From a bacterium (GTDB lineage: Bacteria > UBA8248), in NCBI GenBank assembly GCA_965207065.1, contig OZ242260.1, forward strand, positions 64,001-128,000: a stretch of 64,000 nucleotides of DNA, given 5' to 3'. Made by a program: the position numbers and the translations under genes. Shown here in pieces: positions 54,765 through 64,000 of this stretch. How positions within the stretch are numbered: the stretch's first letter is position 1; each line of letters opens with the position of its first letter. Below the pieces are notes generated by a model that had not been told where the DNA came from, ran no database searches, and saw nothing but the letters and a program-made list of their open reading frames with translations.

Positions 54765-55018
54765 TAGTCGTCTCCACGCAGCTTATATTTCAGTACCAAC
54801 TGCCGAACCTGTCTCACCTGATAAGGTATCGCGTGTCCGCCACGGCTCTACAGGTTGATGATTTCCAGAATGCCTTCCTTGTCGAAGAGGTGATGGCTTC
54901 TTCGTATACGCTCCTCGAATCCCAGATACTCCATCAGGGTTCGCAGATCGGAGAATCGGATGTTCGCGTCCGACCTTCCACCGAGGATCGTCTGCAACAG
55001 TCGCTCGTGTCGGTTCAT
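54764..55018 (-). pseudogene. HicA-family toxin with an internal stop
   Basis: DANIRFSDL...SHHLF..EIINL*...PYQVRQVR. Confidence 0.75.
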
Positions 55019-55938
55019 TCGCTTTGTTCCTCAACTCGTCTGCATCACAGGCTTCGCGCGCTAACGGTGTCGCGCTGCTGGAGAATCTCCGTGAGGTTCG
55101 ACTCGGCGACGTCGACGGCGCTGTCGCGAAAGACGATGATGCGCTCACCGGCGGATCCGAGCGCATCAAGACAGGCAACGGGGCCGGACGCCAGCAATTT
55201 TGCATCATCTCGAAAATCGCCTCATCGAGGCAGGCGACAGTATCCGCCGTATGGGTTTCCGGATCGCTGAAACGATCGTTTCCCGTATACGCTTTATTCT
55301 CATAGTCTGGTCCGTGCCGGACTCCGGAAGAAGTACAGGTACTCCCATTCCAGATTTTTCCGGCTCGAAAGGAAATCTGTTCCTCCTCATCCTTCGATCA
55401 ACAATCGTAAAATAGCGAGGACATTGGTTCAATGATGAAAGCATATTCTGATTTTTTACACGATAAAAACGCAAGTCTTTTTCGCTCCATCGCTCAGGCC
55501 GGCGCCACGCCCGATAGCGCCGGCCAGGCATGCTCTCACGCAGTGAGGCGTGACGGTGGCGCCTGGATGGCGACGGATTACTGCAATCGAGGCAAAGAAT
55601 ACCGCAAATCGCCGATTTCTGCGCGGAAGCCATCTATGCCGCCATCGAGAGGGTCTTCACGAGCGCGCCCGGCGCCCCGCAGCAAAGAGCATGACCCGGA
55701 TGTGCCAAGACCTATAGAGCACCCGGAAATTCGTCGGTTAACTGGAGCGACGTGCAGACGCCTTCCTTGCTCACAATTCGGCAGTTTGAGCCAATGTCAC
55801 CCGAAACACCGGAAGTTAAAACTTATTCGAGTAAAGTACAGGATTTGTTATGGTGGACAAGACGATGATGAATACAACATCGGATTAGAGCGCGCCTGGC
55901 GCTTGAATGGATGTGCTCGCGTTGGAATCTTCTTCGAA

Positions 55939-56268
55939 TCAATCCTCTCGCGGCGCCCGCATCCAGCCTGCAATGTCCCGCGCTCCATGCAGGACGCGCC
56001 AGACGTCGATTTCGGTCTCCCCCTCGATGTAGAAGACAAGATACGGATACTTCCCTACGGTCCGGAAGCGCAGGCCGATGAGGTTGAGCTCATGCGCATA
56101 ACGGGGCGAACCCGCTTCCGGTCGCTCGCCGATATGGCGGATGGCATCTTCGAGCGCGTCGATGAAGCTCAATGCAACCGCTTCTCCCGACTCGGCTAGA
56201 TAATGCTCGACCGCCTCTTCCACATCGCGCCGCGCTCGCTCGCGAAGGACGACCTGTTTGTCGCTCAC
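55939..56268 (-). CDS. parE: ParE-family toxin
   Basis: ARRDVEEAVEHY, YPYLVFY, VWRVLHGARD. Confidence 0.9.
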   Translation of the reverse strand: MSDKQVVLRERARRDVEEAVEHYLAESGEAVALSFIDALEDAIRHIGERPEAGSPRYAHELNLIGLRFRTVGKYPYLVFYIEGETEIDVWRVLHGARDIAGWMRAPRED

Positions 56269-56504
56269 CGCGCAGGCGTTTTGCGAACCCGGCTGCGGAG
56301 CCGGTTGAAGTAGGCCGCATCGGCGGTGACTGCCGATGGAGTGGAGGCACCTTCGAGAAGCAGACCGCGCAGATGCTCGCGATCCCGGTCCTTGCGGATC
56401 AACTCCCGAACATACTCGCTCGAAGTGCTGTAGCCGTGTGCGCTGACTTGATCGTCAACGAAGGACTTCAGCGACTCTGGTAGTGATATGTTCATCGTAC
56501 TCAT
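56265..56504 (-). CDS. parD: ParD-family antitoxin
   Basis: TMNISLPESLK, YSTSSEYVRELIR. Confidence 0.9.
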   Translation of the reverse strand: MSTMNISLPESLKSFVDDQVSAHGYSTSSEYVRELIRKDRDREHLRGLLLEGASTPSAVTADAAYFNRLRSRVRKTPAR

Positions 56505-56741
56505 GCTCCAATACTGCCTGTATTGGCAAAATTTGTCAAGAATACACAGACATGTATGGGCCTCGGGCGCGACTGTAATCGCCGCCGTGGTCCGATACTC
56601 CTGCGGTCCCTAACGCAGATGCTTTCGATGGGATGGATTGGCCCTCCCATCGCCTGCTTCAATAAGGCATGTCGTTTTCAAAATTGTGGTCCACAGAAAA
56701 ATAAAAAGGCCGTTATCAAAAGAATTCGCCTCCCAAGAGCG

Positions 56742-57110
56742 TCAAGTCACCGGTTCAGGACCCTGGTGAGGAATTGCGTCAACGGGATTAGCGCTCTCAT
56801 CATCAACTCGTTCCCGTAAATCATCCACCGATTTACCCGGCAATTCGGGAACGACTTCGGAGAAGTGCCGAACAATTCGCTCGATCTCATCCTTTTTTCG
56901 ATCCCGTTCCATGTCTCGTATTATTGCCTGCGCTGCGAATATAGCAAAACACAACAGGTGGATTTCCACCTCGGTTCGCGGCCATTCCCGGCGCTTGATA
57001 GCCCCCATCGCGAGTTCGACCACGAGCCTGTTGGGCGATTTTTCGCACCTTTCGGCTTCTATTACGAAGCACTTCCACTGCTTCGGCGTGACCCTGATGT
57101 TCTTTTGTAT
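56742..57110 (-). pseudogene. Paralog of 16236..16586 lacking an in-frame start for its N-terminus
   Basis: QKNIRVTPKQWK...SPNRLVVEL...REWPRTEVEIHLL. Confidence 0.6.
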
Positions 57111-57255
57111 TGATTGGCCATCGGTTTTTGGCTTATCCTTTTGTGAAGTTTATCACGCTGATTGGTCTCCAATCGGGCTTAATAATTTCGCTGGCATCGG
57201 GCGCACTACGTTTGGAGCGCATACATCCCCAAAATGCCTCCTGAATTTCTTCCTG

Positions 57256-57885
57256 TCGAATCCTCGCGCCGGTATGAACCCCGCATGGCGGATTGTGTTT
57301 TCTGCCTCTCGCGAAAATCTCATTCTGAATACGGAATGAACGGGCGGCCATCATTACCACGCCCGAATGACGACACTCCCCAGTCTTCCGTCCACTCATG
57401 CCGTGACGGCGGCGACAGGCTGACGGCGCCATTCAATTCGAAAGAAGATACGGGCGCTTTGGGTATATGAACGGCTCTGCAAGATCGATTTTTTCTCGTA
57501 GACGGCAACAAAATCATCCGCATCTGATTAGCGGTGAAACCCGCTTCGTCGCGCCCACCTCTCCGACACAGGCGCGACAGGACGCGCAGAATTTGTAATG
57601 AATCCGCTATCTTTTTGATTACGGGCTTTAAAATGCAGATTTAACGCCATAATCAAAGAATTATAACTAGATAAATATCAACTAGATATAAGAATTCAAC
57701 GCTATTCCAAAAGAGTCCTCCATCTAAAAAGCCGGAAATTCGCTGAAAATCCCTTTTTCTATGTATTCAGGAGGACTCACTAAATGATGTTCAGAGAGAA
57801 ATCGATAAGCAAGCTTTACGCTTTTGCCCTGGCGGCGGTGTTCGCGCTGACGCTGGCCGGCTGCGGCGGCGGCGGCGGAACGGCC
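57256..57885 (+). repeat. Conserved upstream block and 5' end of cassette C
   Basis: Direct repeat of 43810-44490. Confidence 0.9.
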
Positions 57886-59526
57886 GTGATGGAAGAAGAG
57901 ATGCCGATGCCGATGCCTGACCCGCAGGCGGATTGCATGGATGCCGGCGGCCGGTATAACGCGGACGGTTCCTGCACCTCCGCTGAGGACGTAGCCGAAG
58001 AAGGCGCCCTGAGCGACGCGCAGGACGCGGCCGCGGCGGCGGCAGCGGCTGCGATGATGGCCGTGGGCGGCGCGGTGGACCCCGTGGCGGCGCATAACGC
58101 GTACGGTTACGCGAAAATGGCAGCGGATGCCAACACGGCGGCGCAGGCGGCCACGACTTCCGCAGACGCCATGGGTCACCAGATGGCGGCCGAGACGGCC
58201 CAAGGCAAGGCGATGATGGCGGCTGGCATGCGCGGTCTGGGAATCACCAAGGAGGCGAACGCGATCACCAACCAGGCCGATATCGACAATGCCATTCTCG
58301 AGGGCCAGGATCCCGACGATCCCGATTCCAACGCGACAAGAGTGGGTACGGAGTTGGCCGCGACGGCTGCTGAAGAAGCCGCGCGGACTACAGTTGCAGA
58401 TAGTGGTCCTGGAAGCGTTTCTCAAGGCGCGCCGGCCACAAGTACAACGGTTACTTACGGCGCCAGTGGACCTACGTTCAAGGTAACCGGACCCGGAACC
58501 ACTTTGCAGCTGGGCGAATCTCCGGTAGGCGTGCTGACGACCCGCGGCGGCTGGAAGGGCAGGGAACTGGTGGAGAACGCCGCTTCCGACACTTACGTCA
58601 TGGCCTTCACGGACATCCAGGCGCCCACGATGAGGCAGAATTATGGAGATGCCACTACTGGTACAGAAGGCAATGAGGCCGAATTGGGAATAGGCCATAT
58701 CATCACCGGCGATATTCCGGGAGACGGCTCCACTTTCACGGGAACGCGTAACGTTTCCGCTACGGACAACATCCCGACACAGATGGGGCAGTTCAACTGC
58801 CCTGAAGCAGCCTCAGCAACCGGTTGTTCCATCAGCGTTGACGAAGACGGCGCAATCGTGTCGGTTCAGGGCTACGTGTGGCGGCCTCAGACATCCGGCA
58901 CGACCCCCGCGACCGACGCCGACTACCTGGCCTGGGGCGTCTGGCTGACGGTTCCGGACGGCACGGATGACTCGGACGTGGCCTTGGCAGGCGCATTCGC
59001 GAGCGGCAACGACGTGTTCACGGTCGATGCCGATCTCAAAGGCACGGCGACATATAACGGCGTAGCGAGCGGCCTGTATTCGGCGGCCGGCATGGTCGAA
59101 TACTTCGACGCGGACGTCACCCTGAATGCCAACTTCGGCGGAACCGTAGGTGCTGATTCCGATCCAGATACTGATGGCAACGACGGGGTGCTCATAGGCG
59201 CCGTCACCGGCACCGTCTCCAACATCAAGGCCGGCGGAATGGACATCGACGGTATGCTGACGCTGAAGAGAGCGCCCGTCATCGCTGGCGCACAGGACGG
59301 CGACAGCACGACCGGCTTCGGCGGCGACACCTCCGGTTCCCTGGCGGGCAGGGCAGTGTCGGGTGAATGGGGCGGCCAGTTCTACGGTCCCAACGACGCG
59401 AGCGGCAAGGGAGTCGAGACCGAATACCCCACGACCGCCGCGGGCACCTTCGGTGCGGCAGCGCCGGGTGTTGGCAGTGACATGGTCAGAATTCTGGGCG
59501 CCTTCGGCACGTGGAAGGCTGAGTAA
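57784..59526 (+). CDS. TbpB-like surface lipoprotein C1 (type 1)
   Basis: LAG-C, DYLAWGVWL, ATYNG, ends GAFGTWKAE. Confidence 0.85.
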   Translation: MMFREKSISKLYAFALAAVFALTLAGCGGGGGTAVMEEEMPMPMPDPQADCMDAGGRYNADGSCTSAEDVAEEGALSDAQDAAAAAAAAAMMAVGGAVDPVAAHNAYGYAKMAADANTAAQAATTSADAMGHQMAAETAQGKAMMAAGMRGLGITKEANAITNQADIDNAILEGQDPDDPDSNATRVGTELAATAAEEAARTTVADSGPGSVSQGAPATSTTVTYGASGPTFKVTGPGTTLQLGESPVGVLTTRGGWKGRELVENAASDTYVMAFTDIQAPTMRQNYGDATTGTEGNEAELGIGHIITGDIPGDGSTFTGTRNVSATDNIPTQMGQFNCPEAASATGCSISVDEDGAIVSVQGYVWRPQTSGTTPATDADYLAWGVWLTVPDGTDDSDVALAGAFASGNDVFTVDADLKGTATYNGVASGLYSAAGMVEYFDADVTLNANFGGTVGADSDPDTDGNDGVLIGAVTGTVSNIKAGGMDIDGMLTLKRAPVIAGAQDGDSTTGFGGDTSGSLAGRAVSGEWGGQFYGPNDASGKGVETEYPTTAAGTFGAAAPGVGSDMVRILGAFGTWKAE

Positions 59527-59660
59527 CAGCGCACAACACCTTTGGCCTCGGGCTCTCTGAGCCCGGGGCCGGGGGTTCTCAAAGCAAACGATTCATTGGA
59601 CCTGGTTTCAACCGCCCGCCCTCTTCTTTCCCGGAAGGGGACGTAACCCTCAGGGGGCAA

Positions 59661-61310
59661 GTGATGAAAATGCTCAGATATTCAGGATTGGCGGTACTTG
59701 TCGTGTGCATTGCGGCATTTGCCTCCGGTTGCGGCGGTGGCGGTGGCGGCGGCGGTACTGCGGATGAAGAGATGACGCCGGTGATGGAATGCCCGCAGGG
59801 GCAGATAGGGACGTACCCGGACTGCATGGACCCGCCGCCGACTGATGAGGAAAGAATAGAAGCGGCGCAGGATAGGCTCGCCGGCATCGTGGCCGACGCC
59901 CGGACGCGAGTGGGGTCGGCGCAATCGGATGCGAACGCCGTGCAGGGCCACGCGGACGCCACGGAAGCGCAGAAGACGAACGCCGGCAATCTCGGCAACG
60001 CCGCGCGGGACGCCCTGACGGATATTTTAGGCGCGACAGCCGCGGCGAACGTGGCCACCACGGGGGCGCAGGCGGAAGCCGCGGTTTCGGACGCGCAGAC
60101 GGCGCTGAACGACCTGATAAGCGCGCAGCAATCGGTGGCGAACATCCTGAGCGCCGTGAATGCGATTGCGAACCTTCGCCAACAACAGGAACAGGACGAG
60201 CGCCTCGCGACGAACGGTTCCGGGCTTATCGAGCACGTGAGAGCCAACAAGATCGTCTATGACGCCATTCTGGCAGCCATGACGGCGGATGCTGCGGTCA
60301 ACATGACTGTTGGTGAGACTGGTAATACAGATAATATGGCTGAATACCCCAGGGATACCGGGACGGGCGCGGACAGAGTCGTTGGAGAGCGTGGAGTTAC
60401 CGTAAAAGCCCTTTCATCGAACAGCACGACGCCGAAACTCAGCGGAACGAGCCGCCTTCCTAACGGCTTCGACCTGAAAAACGATACCAACACCCTCTTC
60501 GTAAACGCCTACACGGACATTACGAAAACGAGGGCTGATGTAAGAATGAGAACGGATGTCCTGACAGACACTGATTTAAGTGATGGCGATGATAGGTATA
60601 CTACAGAAGATGTGGCCGACACAGACTATCTGGTGGCTGGAATCTGGCTCGAGAATAGGGCAATCCATGCATTCGCGTATGGGAGCCAACCGATTCCCAC
60701 TAGCAGTCAAAACTTCTGTACCGGTATTGAAAATGTAAATGACCCACAGGGTGGAACAGGTAATACCAGAAATTGCGGTGATACAGGAACTTTACACAAT
60801 ATCACCGATTTCGTCGCGGAAGACAAAGACATGACGGCCACCTACCGGGGGGATGCGAACGGCGCCTACCTCGCGGACGGCAATATGAGCTATTTCGAGG
60901 CGGACGTTACGCTTACCGCCGAGTTCCAGAATGCAGCCAATACGGGCTCTGGCAGTATCTCTGGCGCAGTCACGAACATCGTCGCCGCCGGAAAATCCAT
61001 CGCGGGGAGCGTCGAATTACAGGAACATTCCTTTACAGATGGTACTATCAATACCGCTTTCGGGGGTGATGCCGTCGGCGTGGTTGACGGCAAATCCTTC
61101 AGCGGAGATTGGGAAGGCCAGTTCTTCGGAATGAGAACCAGAAGGTCCACGAAAACGGAAACGATTATGGACAATGATCCAGAAAGAACGGTTACGACGA
61201 CGTACTCGGCCGAGGCGCCCGATGCAGTGGCGGGAACCTTTTACGCCACGCAGCAGAGCAACCCGGCGGGAAGCGCCGCCTTGATCGGGGCGTTCGGTGC
61301 GAAGAGGTAG
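59661..61310 (+). CDS. TbpB-like surface lipoprotein C2 (type 2)
   Basis: ASG-C, DYLVAGIWL, WEGQFFG, ends GAFGAKR. Confidence 0.85.
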   Translation: MMKMLRYSGLAVLVVCIAAFASGCGGGGGGGGTADEEMTPVMECPQGQIGTYPDCMDPPPTDEERIEAAQDRLAGIVADARTRVGSAQSDANAVQGHADATEAQKTNAGNLGNAARDALTDILGATAAANVATTGAQAEAAVSDAQTALNDLISAQQSVANILSAVNAIANLRQQQEQDERLATNGSGLIEHVRANKIVYDAILAAMTADAAVNMTVGETGNTDNMAEYPRDTGTGADRVVGERGVTVKALSSNSTTPKLSGTSRLPNGFDLKNDTNTLFVNAYTDITKTRADVRMRTDVLTDTDLSDGDDRYTTEDVADTDYLVAGIWLENRAIHAFAYGSQPIPTSSQNFCTGIENVNDPQGGTGNTRNCGDTGTLHNITDFVAEDKDMTATYRGDANGAYLADGNMSYFEADVTLTAEFQNAANTGSGSISGAVTNIVAAGKSIAGSVELQEHSFTDGTINTAFGGDAVGVVDGKSFSGDWEGQFFGMRTRRSTKTETIMDNDPERTVTTTYSAEAPDAVAGTFYATQQSNPAGSAALIGAFGAKR

Positions 61311-61374
61311 AAGAGCATGACGCCTCACCCGGGGTTAAGCCCCGAGGCCTGAGGCGGTAAAAGGAGAGCGAAAA

Positions 61375-61477
61375 GGGGGTTGCCCGTTGGTTGCTTCCCT
61401 CGTGATAGAGCAAACTGTACCGGTCCTTGCTATGAGTTTGAGTCCTCGAGCCGGGAACGGGAACAATGGGCAACCCC
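61375..61477 (+). ncRNA. Putative structured RNA, copy 4
   Basis: Same fold; directly after cassette C. Confidence 0.7.
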
Positions 61478-61519
61478 TGCTCTTCTTATACGCCATTTCC
61501 GGCGTAGATGGCAAACGAG

Positions 61520-61582
61520 AAAAAGGGACTGCCCCCCTCTTCCGGCGATGCGGTAATTGAGAGGGAGGGCGGTCCCTTTTTT
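61520..61582 (+). terminator. Intrinsic terminator-like stem with T6
   Basis: AAAAAGGGACTGCCC...GGGCGGTCCCTTTTTT. Confidence 0.65.
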
Positions 61583-61772
61583 CGTGCGGGGATGTTTTGA
61601 GGGGGGGGTGGCGCGGCAAACACTTCCTCCTCGGGGTTGTTAAAAAAGGCCTTACGGATCACGCCAAACCATTCTCCCCATGCAGAGTCCCCCCAACAAC
61701 CACTCCCCCCTTGAGGGTTCTTGTCGTCTGACGAGAGAGGAAATCACTCCCCTTTGCAGAGCGCTCAACAAC

Positions 61773-61975
61773 CACTCCCCCCTTGAGGGGGTCGGGCTTC
61801 CCGAGGGGAAAGCCCGACAGAGGCCGAGCGGTTTGTGCGAAGGCCGATGTGGTGGGGGGTGAAATGCGTATTATCCCCACTCCGAGTTATACCCCCCACC
61901 GAATCGCTTTCGGGCTTACGCCCTCAGCTCTTCGTCGGCTTTCCCCTCGGGAAGCCGACCCTCAAGGGGGGAGTG
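61773..61975. repeat. ~200-bp palindromic REP/MITE-like element
   Basis: CACTCCCCCCTTGAGGG...CCCTCAAGGGGGGAGTG with nested internal arms; partial copies at 61701, 61745, 63982. Confidence 0.75.
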
Positions 61976-62574
61976 ATTGTTTTCTCTCTACTCGCTCGGA
62001 TTTGACCCCTATGTCAGGAACAGCAACCCCCCCTACCCCCCCTTGTCAGGGGGGTAAAAAGACCCTCTACCCGGCGGGGGCGCATCGCCTGGCAATGCCT
62101 CGCTCGCTCGCGGCAAACGCTTCCTCCTCGGGGTTGTTGAAAAAGGCCTCGTTGGAGGTGTGATGGTTTTGTAGGGGTCGCATATTATGCGACCCTCCCC
62201 GTTAGGGGCACGCGGGCCGCATATATGTAGCGCTCCCAAGAAGGGAGCGCTACCTACAAAAACCGTCCCTTCCCGGTCGAGTCGAATCCTCGTTCATAAG
62301 GACTTTTTCAACAGGCCCGCATTGCTCGCGTCTGAGGGACGCGGAATTTTCGGGCCGGGAGATTGATTCGAAGACAGGAATTGCGTAGCATTCTCCCTGC
62401 CAAGCAAACCTTGCGGTCTGGAAATCCGGGCCGCCCGCTGAATACAATACGCGCTTCGTCTCCCGATGAAGCGCGGAACAGGCGGGAACCCACCCAAAGT
62501 GAGGTTTGTTTGGCGACCGGCCCGGTCGAGACCGGGTTCCGGCTTCCATCCATCCGGGAGGGGAGGCGCGTCCG

Positions 62575-63342
62575 GTGCTGCCGGCCTACGTCATCAACCT
62601 GGACCGCCGGCCGGACAGGCTGGCGTCCATCTCGGAAAACCTGGAACGGACAGGCGTCGCGTGGGAACGGGTGCGGGCGATAGACGGGATGGACCTGCGT
62701 GGAACGAAATGGCTCGACCGGGCGTCGCTGGCCTGCAGTCTCTCCCACCGCAAGGCGATGCGGATGCTGCTCGATTCGCCGCACCCCGCCGCCCTGATCC
62801 TGGAAGACGACGCGGAGGCCGGTGAGGATATTCCGAAGTTTCTGGAATCCGTCGACTGGTGGCCCCGGGACCACGGGCTCCTCAAGCTCGACAGCCCCGC
62901 GGGTCCCTGGCTGCTCGGCCCCTGGTGCGGCGGCGCGCCGACGGGCCGCGCCCTCCATGAAATCCCCTACTGGGGCATCCTGGCCACCGGGTACCTCATC
63001 CACCGGGACGCCGCCGAAGCCGTGCTGGCGTCGCCTGACTGCGCGTTCTTCCCGATAGACGCCGTCCTGTTCCATCTCGGGTGGTCGAGGACGGCCCGGA
63101 GGCTGCGCCCGCTGTGGGTCGTTCCGGCGGTGGTCCGGCCACGCCGGGCGCTGGGGTCGGACATCGAGCGCCACCGGAAAGGCGTGCGCCTGAAAAAGGA
63201 ACGAAGGGCGGCGAAATTCCTGTTCGAGGTGAAAGTCACCCTGCGCCGGCTGGCCGGCGGCGTGCGGCGTCAGGAAATACCCTACCGCGCCCGGATGCCG
63301 GGTGGAGGGGACATCCGGCCGGATACCCGCGGCGTATCCTGA
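62575..63342 (+). CDS. Glycosyltransferase family 25
   Basis: AYVINLDRRPDRL, ACSLSH, LILEDD, PID; RBS GGGAGG before GTG. Confidence 0.88.
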   Translation: MLPAYVINLDRRPDRLASISENLERTGVAWERVRAIDGMDLRGTKWLDRASLACSLSHRKAMRMLLDSPHPAALILEDDAEAGEDIPKFLESVDWWPRDHGLLKLDSPAGPWLLGPWCGGAPTGRALHEIPYWGILATGYLIHRDAAEAVLASPDCAFFPIDAVLFHLGWSRTARRLRPLWVVPAVVRPRRALGSDIERHRKGVRLKKERRAAKFLFEVKVTLRRLAGGVRRQEIPYRARMPGGGDIRPDTRGVS

Positions 63343-63414
63343 GGGAGGGGTGAAGGGCGGGAGTGATTGTTTTCTCTCTACTCGGTCGACAAATTCACAA
63401 ATCCTCGCTCGGGT

Positions 63415-64000
63415 TCAACCCCCCCTACCCCCCCCTTAACAGGAACAGCAACCCCCCCCCACCCCCCCCTTAACAGGAACAGCAACCCCCCCTACCCCCC
63501 CTTAACAGGGGGGCAAGAAAAAACAAATCCCTTTCTCCCTGGCAGGGGACATCGCCTTTTTATACCCCCCTGTTAAGGGGGGGTAGGGGGGGTTGGTTTA
63601 TGGGGTTTCCCCTTAAAGGGGGGGTTGGTTTTCAGGTCGAGAGGGGCGTCTCCTCTATCCCGAAAAAGTCATCATTTCGTGATTCGGCGTATGGAGTCGA
63701 CCGGGGAGGGAACGGTAGGGACAGGCACAGGGGCCTGTCCGCTACAATGAAACGGCAAGGGCTTTTTCAACAACCCCTACTCGCTTGGATTTGAACTGCC
63801 CGGTCGCGTCAAACCCTCCCGCATTGGTCGGGTTTGACCTCCCGCATTGGTCGGGTCAAAAGCAACCCCCCCTACCCCCCTTGTCAGGGGGGTAAAAAAA
63901 AGCAAAGCTCCCCCGACAGGGGGAATAAAAAAAAGACCCCCCTGTTAAGGGGGGGGAGGGGGGGTTGCTTTTAGGGGGTTTCCCCTCAAGGGGGGGTTGG
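63415..64000. repeat. C/G-rich tandem and inverted repeats (AACCCCCCTACCCCCCCTTAACAGG units)
   Basis: Three tandem units at 63417-63510, inverted partner at 63565-63595, further copies at 62024 and 63864-63965. Confidence 0.75.

Noticed and set aside
63415-63510. CRISPR array
   Set aside because: Tandem low-complexity units without unique spacers; no cas genes

Overview
This is a GC-rich bacterial accessory region with no core genes, rRNA, intact tRNA or CRISPR array. It has four main components. (1) A ~5.2 kb inverted duplication (939-6131 / 32693-37990) carries a helical-repeat gene, an ankyrin gene, a VapC relic and ~1 kb of non-coding leader. It brackets a decayed ICE-like element with tandem tyrosine integrases, HU, SSB, DUF4326/DUF2493, nested RIT remnants and low-GC cargo. 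(2) There are about nine toxin-antitoxin modules plus relics, and an intact IS1182-family element. (3) Five paralogous TbpB-like surface lipoproteins sit in three cassettes (one on -, two on +), with near-identical 5' ends, spacers and 3' flanks around highly variable cores. (4) MITE/REP-like repeats surround a GT25 glycosyltransferase. The most interesting signal is a ~103-nt three-way-junction RNA present four times. Three copies follow a lipoprotein cassette and one is an orphan. It shows compensatory and G-U substitutions, and its invariant segment UGAGUCCUC is exactly complementary to the RBS (GAGGACUCA) of the lead lipoprotein genes. Two of those leaders also carry the same anti-RBS in cis. 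Together this suggests an RNA-controlled, recombination-variable surface-protein system. All family assignments are by eye from motifs; no searches were run.
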